DNA of 64,000 nucleotides from Myxococcota bacterium (GTDB lineage Bacteria; Myxococcota_A; UBA9160; UBA6930): NCBI GenBank assembly GCA_028285625.1, contig JANQOX010000026.1, positions 17,825 to 81,824 of the forward strand, read 5' to 3'. Shown piece by piece: positions 44,400 to 50,835 of this stretch (position 1 is its first letter; each line of letters starts with the position of its first letter). The notes under the pieces were generated by a model. It saw only the letters and a program-made list of their open reading frames with translations, ran no database searches and was not told where the DNA came from. The position numbers and the translations under genes were made by a program.

Positions 44400-45671
44400 T
44401 CACGCCGGCGCTGGCGGCCCCGAGCCATCCGCCGCCGGGCTCGGGAGCGGCGGCAGGGCCACGCGCTCCTCCAAGCAGCCGTAGGCGGTGGGAGCGAGCT
44501 GGATGACCGTATGCAGGGGCATCTCGAGGTGGGGAATCTCTGCCGTGGGCAGCTGCAGGAAGTACGCGTAGAGCGCGCGCAGGACGGCGCGGTGGCCCAC
44601 CACCAGCACCGGCGTGCGGTAGCGCTCGAGTTCGACGATCACGCGGTCGAGGCGCTGGATCACGTCTTCGTAGGACTCGCCCTTCGGGTAGCGGTACCGC
44701 AGCTTGTCGTTCTGGCGCGCCTCGAACTCCTCGGGCATGCGCCTCGCGATCTCGGCGTAGGTCATGCCGTCGCAGACGCCCGAGTCGATCTCGTCGAGCG
44801 CGCGCCACTGGCCGGGAACCAGACCCATCGGAATGGCGGTGTCGATGGTCCGCCGCAGCGTGCTCGTCCATACGTCGAGGTCTACCAGTTCGTGCGCGTG
44901 GGCGTTCACGTGGTCGGCCAACGATCGCGCGAACACGCGCCCCCGGTCGCTCAGCGGCGCGTCGCCTCCGATGCGGCCCTGGCAGTTGTAGAGGCTCTCA
45001 CCGTGGCGGGTGATCCAGACCGGGCGCTTCGTGACCTGGAGGTTGGTGAGGAACGAAGCGATCCGCGCGGAGATCCAGCCCCGGACCTCGTGGCTCGTGA
45101 TGGTCCGGCCACGGCTGGCCAGCCGGATGAAGCTGCCGTCCTCCTCGCTGAGCGGCGCGTAGACCCGTTCGTAGTGTGCGATGCGCGCGCGAAAGTCGCT
45201 CCAGGCCTCGGCCTCGGGAACGCCGCGGTAGTCCGGCGACGAGAGTTTCGCGTCGCGCACGTTCTCGTCGATCACGTCGGAGTCGTTCTCGAGCAGCTCC
45301 ACGAAGAGCAGGTCGACGTCGGCGCGGGAGCAGCGCTCCTGGATCCGACGGCGCCGGGCGCGGGTGCCGTTGGTCGCGTCGAAGATCGCGATGCGGCCTT
45401 CCCCTCGGAGCCACGCGAACGCCTGGTCCAGCGTGTCGTCCGTGAGCGCTTCGCGTTGCGCCGTCGCCTCACGGTCGTCGGGATCGAAGAACGCAGCGCT
45501 CTGTCCCGGGCCGAGGCGGTCTCGGCGGCGCTCCCCGACGTTGAAGGTGCGGGTCGGGTAGCCGAGCCAAGACAGGTACCCTCGAAGCTTGCGGGCCGTG
45601 AAGGTCTTGCCGCGAGCGGGCAGACCCACCATCGCGATCAGGTGCTTTCGACCGCGGCGCGGCAGCCCCAT
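44400..45671 (-). CDS. bifunctional 6-phosphofructo-2-kinase / fructose-2,6-bisphosphatase (eukaryote-type PFK-2/FBPase-2)
   Basis: C-terminal 423 codons of tracked ORF 44400..46601, from ATG 45671. Kinase half: IAMVGLPARGKTFTARKLRGYLSWLGYPTRTFNVGERRR. Phosphatase half: WITRHGESLYNCQGRIGGDAPLSDRGRVFA...GESYEDV...VVGHRAVLRAL (His-phosphatase RHG/H motifs). Confidence 0.9.
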   Translation of the reverse strand: MGLPRRGRKHLIAMVGLPARGKTFTARKLRGYLSWLGYPTRTFNVGERRRDRLGPGQSAAFFDPDDREATAQREALTDDTLDQAFAWLRGEGRIAIFDATNGTRARRRRIQERCSRADVDLLFVELLENDSDVIDENVRDAKLSSPDYRGVPEAEAWSDFRARIAHYERVYAPLSEEDGSFIRLASRGRTITSHEVRGWISARIASFLTNLQVTKRPVWITRHGESLYNCQGRIGGDAPLSDRGRVFARSLADHVNAHAHELVDLDVWTSTLRRTIDTAIPMGLVPGQWRALDEIDSGVCDGMTYAEIARRMPEEFEARQNDKLRYRYPKGESYEDVIQRLDRVIVELERYRTPVLVVGHRAVLRALYAYFLQLPTAEIPHLEMPLHTVIQLAPTAYGCLEERVALPPLPSPAADGSGPPAPA

Positions 45672-45758
45672 CGATGCCTCCCATCTTTCGCCGGCTCGTG
45701 TAGCATCGGGGATTCGGAGCCGCCTGGCCCCCCTCGGGCACGGCTCGAGGAGGACCGC

Positions 45759-46514
45759 GTGGATCTCGGACTGGCCGGCAAGCGGGTGGTGATCACCGGA
45801 GGCAGCAAGGGAATCGGCCGGGCCACGGCCCTGGCCTTCGCCGACGAAGGCGCGCACGTCGGCATCTGCGCACGAACGGCAGAGCCCGTCGAAGCCGTCC
45901 GCAAGGAGCTCGAGTCCCGCAGCGGGAGCGCCTTCGGGGCTGCCTGCGACGTGGCCGACCCCTCGGCCCTCACCGGGTTCCTGGAGGACGCCAAGACGGC
46001 ACTCGGCGGAATCGACGTCCTCGTGAACAACGCATCGGGGTTCGGCGTGACCGACGACGAGGCAGGCTGGAAGGCCGGCTTCGACGTGGACCTGATGGCG
46101 AGCGTGCGAGCGACCTGGCAGGTGGTTCCGTGGATGGAGGCGGCGGGCGGCGGCTCGGTGATCCACATCTCGTCCACGTCCGGGCTCGAGGCCGGCTCTC
46201 CACCCGCCTACGCCGCGGCCAAGGCCGCGCTGATGAGCCACTCCAAGACGCTCGCCATCAACCTCGCGCCGAAGAACATCCGCGTGAACTGCATCGCGCC
46301 GGGATCGATCGAGTTTCCGGGCGGGATGTGGGAGACGATCCAGAAGGTCAACACGCCCATGTACGACGCGATCCGCGATTCGATCCCGTTCGGGCGACTC
46401 GGCAACGCCGAAGAGGTCGCCGCCGCCGTGGTGTTCGTCGCGTCCCCCCGCGCCAGCTGGATCACGGGCGTGACCCTGTCGGTCGACGGCGGCCAACACA
46501 AGGGCAATCTCTAG
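45759..46514 (+). CDS. SDR family oxidoreductase
   Basis: ORF 44511..46514 trimmed to GTG 45759, which follows GAGGAGGA (45747-45754). TGGSKGIG, NNAS, YAAAKAA. Confidence 0.9.
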   Translation: MDLGLAGKRVVITGGSKGIGRATALAFADEGAHVGICARTAEPVEAVRKELESRSGSAFGAACDVADPSALTGFLEDAKTALGGIDVLVNNASGFGVTDDEAGWKAGFDVDLMASVRATWQVVPWMEAAGGGSVIHISSTSGLEAGSPPAYAAAKAALMSHSKTLAINLAPKNIRVNCIAPGSIEFPGGMWETIQKVNTPMYDAIRDSIPFGRLGNAEEVAAAVVFVASPRASWITGVTLSVDGGQHKGNL

Positions 46515-46533
46515 TGCCTCGGAGGACTCTCTA

Positions 46534-46965
46534 GTGGCCATTCGCGAAGGCGACTCTGCCCCGCAGTCCAGCTTGCTCGCGCCCTGGCTGGGGACGCGCA
46601 CCCTGGTGCTCTACTTCTATCCGAAGGACTTCACCCCGGGTTGAACGGTGGAGGCGCGTGACTTCCGGGACCAGTACTCGGAGTTCACCGCGCTCGACGC
46701 CGAGGTCGTCGGCGTCAGCCCCGATAGCGATGAGCGACACGCTTCGTTCCGGGACAAGCTCGACCTGCCGTTCCCGCTGGTCGCCGATGCGGGCTCGAAG
46801 CTCGCCAAGGCGTTCGGCGTGGCCCGCCTCGGAGGCCTGCTCCCGTCGCAGCGCGTGACGTTCGTGATCGACGCCGAGGGCATCGTGCGCAGCGTGATCT
46901 CGGCCGAACTCGACGTATCGAAGCACGCACGAGGCGCGCTCGACGCCATTCGAGCCCTGGGCTGA
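46534..46965 (+). CDS. peroxiredoxin, Bcp/PrxQ-like, predicted selenoprotein (Sec encoded by TGA 46642-46644)
   Basis: GTG 46534 follows GGAGGA (46521-46526). The single frame reads ...LVLYFYPKDFTPG-TGA-TVEARDFRDQYSEF...GVSPDSDERHASFRDKLDLPFPLVAD...RVTFVIDAEGIV... The TGA replaces the peroxidatic Cys of the PKDxTPGCTxEA motif. The ORF track lists only 46648..46965. Confidence 0.75.
46653..46694 (+). promoter_or_regulatory. candidate bacterial SECIS hairpin
   Basis: Begins 8 nt after TGA 46642-46644. The lower stem pairs 46653-46659 with 46687-46694 (one bulge). The upper stem pairs 46660-46669 with 46777-46786 offset corrected as 46677-46686 (one mismatch, G-U pairs). The apical loop is ACCAGUA. 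Folded by eye only. Confidence 0.5.
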
Positions 46966-46972
46966 GCCCCGC

Positions 46973-47836
46973 TCAGGCCGGCGGCAGCTTGAGCACCTTG
47001 CGCGCGTTGTCGCGCAGGAACTTGGGCCAGACCTCGTCCTTGAACGGCACACCGGGCATGTCGGTCATGATGCGCTCCAACGACAGGCCCATCGGAAAGT
47101 AGCCGGCGTAGATCACGCGGTCGGCGCCCCGGGTGTTGGCGTACTTCACGATCGCCTCCGGATAGTAGCGAGGCGCGAAGGCCGACGTGGAGTAGTAGAG
47201 GTTCGGCCACTTGAGCATCAGCTTCACCGCCAGCTCTTCCCAGGGCTCGCAGCCGTGCCGCGTGACGAACACCAGTTCGGGAAAGTCGTACATCACCTGG
47301 TCGAGGCACTCGACCTTCTGCGGCCACATCGGAAAACGCGGCCCGGGGACACCCACGCAGGAGAAGATCGGAACGTCGAGCTCCACGCACTTGGCGTAGA
47401 TCGGGTACATCTTCGCGTCGTCGATGGCGACCTGCGGGTTGTAGCCCGCGTTGAAGGCCCCGAACGACGTGACGCCGTACTCCTCGAACTGGCGCACCAT
47501 GTCGCGAATGCCGTCCATCCCGCGATTGGGATCGACCGAGCCCTGACCCACGAACCGGTCGGGGTGCTCCTTCAGCGCCCGCTGACTCACCTCGTTGCCC
47601 GCGCCGATCAATCCGACCTCGACGCCGAACCGATCCATCTCATGCAGCGTGAGCGAGATCGGGTCGCCGTGGCCATAGAGTTCTTTCGGCACGTTCTTGA
47701 ACATGTACTCGACCGGAAAGTCGAACTCGGTCGAGCCGTCCTTGAGCTGCGCCCGGATGAAGTCGTACTGGGCGAAGTCCTCGGCGGGGAAGCCGATCAT
47801 GCAGTCGACGATGCCGATGTCACTGGGCAGGGCCAT
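46973..47836 (-). CDS. amidohydrolase family protein (amidohydrolase_2/ACMSD-like)
   Basis: C-terminal 287 codons of tracked ORF 46973..49432, from ATG 47836 after GGAGGA. MALPSDIGIVDCMIGFP... ...VFVTRHGCEPW... ...YAGYFPMG... Confidence 0.72.
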   Translation of the reverse strand: MALPSDIGIVDCMIGFPAEDFAQYDFIRAQLKDGSTEFDFPVEYMFKNVPKELYGHGDPISLTLHEMDRFGVEVGLIGAGNEVSQRALKEHPDRFVGQGSVDPNRGMDGIRDMVRQFEEYGVTSFGAFNAGYNPQVAIDDAKMYPIYAKCVELDVPIFSCVGVPGPRFPMWPQKVECLDQVMYDFPELVFVTRHGCEPWEELAVKLMLKWPNLYYSTSAFAPRYYPEAIVKYANTRGADRVIYAGYFPMGLSLERIMTDMPGVPFKDEVWPKFLRDNARKVLKLPPA

Positions 47837-47946
47837 GGGATTCTCCTCCGACGGGGCCCGGCAAGTGCCAGCCGGGGGCCCGACACGGGTAGCAGGTCGT
47901 CCGGCGCGAGGGCATGGGCGCGCTCGCCCGCCGAGCGGGGCCGCTC

Positions 47947-49029
47947 TCAGACGGTCGCGTCGGTCAGGCGGTGGGTGAGGCGCTGCCCCGCCCAGAAGAC
48001 CTCGACCGACTCCTCCCCGTCCCCGTCTCGCTCGGGGCCCTTCCAGTCGGTGGCCACCAGACGCACGCGGCGGGTGTTTCTCGGAAGACCGTAGAAGTCG
48101 GCACCGAAGTGGCTGGCGAAGCCCTCCAGCCGGTCGAGCGCCCCGGCCCGGGCAAACGCCAGCGCGTACAGTTCGAGCGCGATCGGCGCACTGTAGATGC
48201 CGGCGCATCCGCAGTCGGTCTCCTTGGCGCTTCTCAGGTGGGGCGCGCTGTCGGTCCCCAGGAAGAAATGGGAATCGCCCGACGTCGCCGCCTCGACCAG
48301 CGCGCGCCGGTGACGCTCGCGCTTGAGCACGGGCAGGCAATAGTGATGCGGGCGGAGGCCCCCGTCGAAGAGCGCGTTGCGCGACAGCAGCAGGTGCTGC
48401 GGCGTGATGGTGGCGGCCACGTGGGGCGGCGCCTCGCGCACCCACGACACCGCGTCGGCGGTGGTCACGTGCTCGAACACCACGCGTAGCGCCGGAAACC
48501 GCTCCACCGTCGGAATCAGCGAATCCTCCAGGAACACCCGCTCGCGGTCGAAGACGTCGCACGCGGGGTCGGTGGTCTCGCCGTGCACCAACAGGGGCAG
48601 GCCGCACGCCTGCATGGCCTCGAGCACCGGTTCGACCCCGGCGAGGCCGGCGACCCCGGCATCCGAGTGCGTGGTGGCGCCCTTCGGGTAGAGCTTCACC
48701 CCGTGGACGAAGTCGGCCTCCGCCGCCCGGGCGATCTCCTGCGGCGTGGTTTCGGGCGTGAGGTAGAGCGTCATGAGGGGCTCGAAGCCTTGCCCGGCGG
48801 GAAGCGCCGCGAGGATGCGATCGCGGTAGGCCGCGGCCTCGGCGGTGGTGCGGATCGGAGGATCGAGATTCGGCATCACGATGGCCCGCGCGAACTGCCG
48901 CGCCGTGGCGGGCAGCACCCGCGCGAGCATCGCGCCATCGCGCAGGTGCAGGTGCCAGTCGTCGGGCTGGGCGAGCTCGATGGACGCGGTGGCGTCGGCG
49001 AGGGACGCGGTGTCGTCGGAGGCGGTCAG
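47947..49029 (-). CDS. pyrC: dihydroorotase, homodimeric (E. coli PyrC) type
   Basis: ...PDDWHLHLRDG..., AIVMPNL, GVKLYPKGATT, LLVHGE, VFEHVTT, ATITPQHL, FLGTDSAPH. No in-frame ATG, GTG or TTG lies upstream of the first conserved strand, so the start is provisionally set at CTG 49029, which overlaps the upstream TGA. Confidence 0.85.
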   Translation of the reverse strand: MTASDDTASLADATASIELAQPDDWHLHLRDGAMLARVLPATARQFARAIVMPNLDPPIRTTAEAAAYRDRILAALPAGQGFEPLMTLYLTPETTPQEIARAAEADFVHGVKLYPKGATTHSDAGVAGLAGVEPVLEAMQACGLPLLVHGETTDPACDVFDRERVFLEDSLIPTVERFPALRVVFEHVTTADAVSWVREAPPHVAATITPQHLLLSRNALFDGGLRPHHYCLPVLKRERHRRALVEAATSGDSHFFLGTDSAPHLRSAKETDCGCAGIYSAPIALELYALAFARAGALDRLEGFASHFGADFYGLPRNTRRVRLVATDWKGPERDGDGEESVEVFWAGQRLTHRLTDATV

Positions 49030-50747
49030 AAGCGAGAGGCCTCGAGCGAGACGTCGGCCCGCGCGAAGGCGTGGTCGAACCCCGAGCGTGCACCATCGGC
49101 GAGGCCGGTCTCGCCCTGGGCCCGGAGGGCCTCGGAAAGACCGAAGAGCGACCAGCCGTTCTTCGGGTTCTTCCGAAGGTCGGCGCGGTAGACCGCCTCG
49201 GCATCGGCGGCGCGCCCGGCATCCAGCAGCACCGCGCCCAGCGCCTGGCGCACGGGAAAGTAGAACGGCGGCGGCTCGGTATAGGGCAGGCCATCCTGCT
49301 CCAGAACGGCCTCTTCGAGCTTCGCGACCGCCGTGGCCACGCGACCCGCGGCGGCGCTGCGCTCGGCCGCCAGGTGCAGCGCGGCGATCCCGAGCAGGTT
49401 CTTGGCCGTCCCGCCCGGGAAGGCGAGGCCATCGAGCGCGGCCTCGTCGCGAACTCCGTCGAGCAGTTCGGACTCGCGCAGGGACGCCTCGCCCTGGCCG
49501 GTGCGCAGGTAGGCGAGACTGCGCGCGTAGTGCCACATGCCGGTCACGTAGCGGAGGTCTTCGTCGGGCGCCGGCTCTCCGAGCACCGCGTCCCACCGGC
49601 CGAATCGCGCCAGCGTGACGATGGGGATCGCCCGGAACTCCTCGCCCGGCGGGAACCCCGCGATGATCTCGTCGGACACCTTCGCCGCGAGCTTGCGCGA
49701 CGACTGGATCGCGAGCGCGCTTCGGCCCTCGACGTTGGCCGCCGCCCACAGGAAGTGCACGTTGTGCGGGTAGTAGGCCGAACGGTAGATCCCCTGCGAG
49801 CCGCACCATGCGAAGTAGCGCTCGTCTGCCGCCGCTGCCCGACGATTGATCTCGAGCGCATCGTCGTACCGGCCCACGCGGAAGTAGATGTGCGAGGGCA
49901 TGTGGACCAGATGACCGGCAGCGGGGGCGACGTCCACGAGGCGGTCCGCGGCGGGCTCCGCACGACTCGGATCGGGCGAGGCCTCGATGGCGTGGATGTA
50001 GTAGTGATTGGCGCCGGGGTGATCGGGCTGCTGCTCCATCGCCCACTCGAGCAGCGACACGATCTCGGGCGTCTCGGCCACGGGCTCGCCGCGCGACGAC
50101 CAGTGGTTCCACGGGTTGAGGTCCATCAGGGCCTCGGCGGTCAACACCGCGGCGTCCACGTCTGCCGGGTGGGCCGCGCGCAGCCCTCGCATGGCGTCGG
50201 CATAGGCGCGATCGAGGTCTGCGCGCGCGGCTGCCGGGTCGAGCGAATAGCGCGTGGCGAGGGCGTCGATGTAGTCGCGCTCGGCTGCCGTCACGCGATC
50301 GCGCAGCGCCTGGGCGCGCGCGACGGCGGCCACTGCGGCCGCGTTGGCCGCAGGCCCCATCGGCGCATTGATGTTGGGCCCGAGGGCGAGCGCCTCGCCC
50401 CAGTGGCACATGGCGCAGTCCGGGTCGAGGCGCGCTCCTTCGCGGAACGACTTCACCGCCTCTTCGTGGTTGAACCCGAAGGTGAGGACCAACCCCTGGT
50501 CGAACCAGCGCTGCACTTCGGGCACGGAGGTCGTGATGGGGTGGTGATGGCTCCCGAGCCCCTCGATCAGGCGCGGCGCGCCCGGCGAGGTGGCCTCGGC
50601 GGGCTCGCTCGGCTGGGCCGCCTGGGGCTCTTTCGTGGGCGCCGGCGCAGGGTCCGGAGCGGGCCCCGCGCAGGCGACGATCGCTGCGGCCAGGCCCGCC
50701 ACGAGGGCTCGGCGGGGGGCGATTCGTCGGAAGGCTCGTTGGGTCAT
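49026..50747 (-). CDS. TPR-like lipoprotein of unknown function
   Basis: 573 aa. Lipobox AAIVAC. Helical-repeat content throughout. Contains CAMCH (50404-50418). Confidence 0.75.
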   Translation of the reverse strand: MTQRAFRRIAPRRALVAGLAAAIVACAGPAPDPAPAPTKEPQAAQPSEPAEATSPGAPRLIEGLGSHHHPITTSVPEVQRWFDQGLVLTFGFNHEEAVKSFREGARLDPDCAMCHWGEALALGPNINAPMGPAANAAAVAAVARAQALRDRVTAAERDYIDALATRYSLDPAAARADLDRAYADAMRGLRAAHPADVDAAVLTAEALMDLNPWNHWSSRGEPVAETPEIVSLLEWAMEQQPDHPGANHYYIHAIEASPDPSRAEPAADRLVDVAPAAGHLVHMPSHIYFRVGRYDDALEINRRAAAADERYFAWCGSQGIYRSAYYPHNVHFLWAAANVEGRSALAIQSSRKLAAKVSDEIIAGFPPGEEFRAIPIVTLARFGRWDAVLGEPAPDEDLRYVTGMWHYARSLAYLRTGQGEASLRESELLDGVRDEAALDGLAFPGGTAKNLLGIAALHLAAERSAAAGRVATAVAKLEEAVLEQDGLPYTEPPPFYFPVRQALGAVLLDAGRAADAEAVYRADLRKNPKNGWSLFGLSEALRAQGETGLADGARSGFDHAFARADVSLEASRF

Positions 50748-50786
50748 GGCGGCTCCTCGGCGCTCAGCATACGGCAGCGACCCGAC

Positions 50787-50811
50787 GCGAACACGTGAGC
50801 GAACACACGTG
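50787..50811 (-). promoter_or_regulatory. tandem GCGAACAC(AC)GTG repeat carrying two CACGTG palindromes upstream of the lipoprotein/pyrC operon
   Basis: CACGTG occurs at 50792-50797 and 50806-50811, 40-65 nt upstream of ATG 50747. A TATGCT -10-like hexamer lies between the repeat and the start. Confidence 0.3.
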
Positions 50812-50835
50812 GCGACGCGCTCGAACCCCGACCGG

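Noticed and set aside
32945-44428. ORFs 32945..35083(-), 33979..35328(+), 37271..38908(+), 37735..39465(+), 41293..42834(+) and 41951..44428(-).
   Set aside because: These are the same antisense or out-of-frame artefact. Each overlaps a gene with clear family signatures.
46642-46644. Reading the TGA codons at 46642 and 58396 as true stops, meaning pseudogenes, split genes or sequencing errors.
   Set aside because: The stop falls at exactly the catalytic Cys codon in two independent paralogues. Family conservation continues in frame on both sides, and a hairpin follows each TGA at the same 8-nt spacing. Selenocysteine recoding is the simpler explanation. It remains unproven because the Sec machinery is not in this window.
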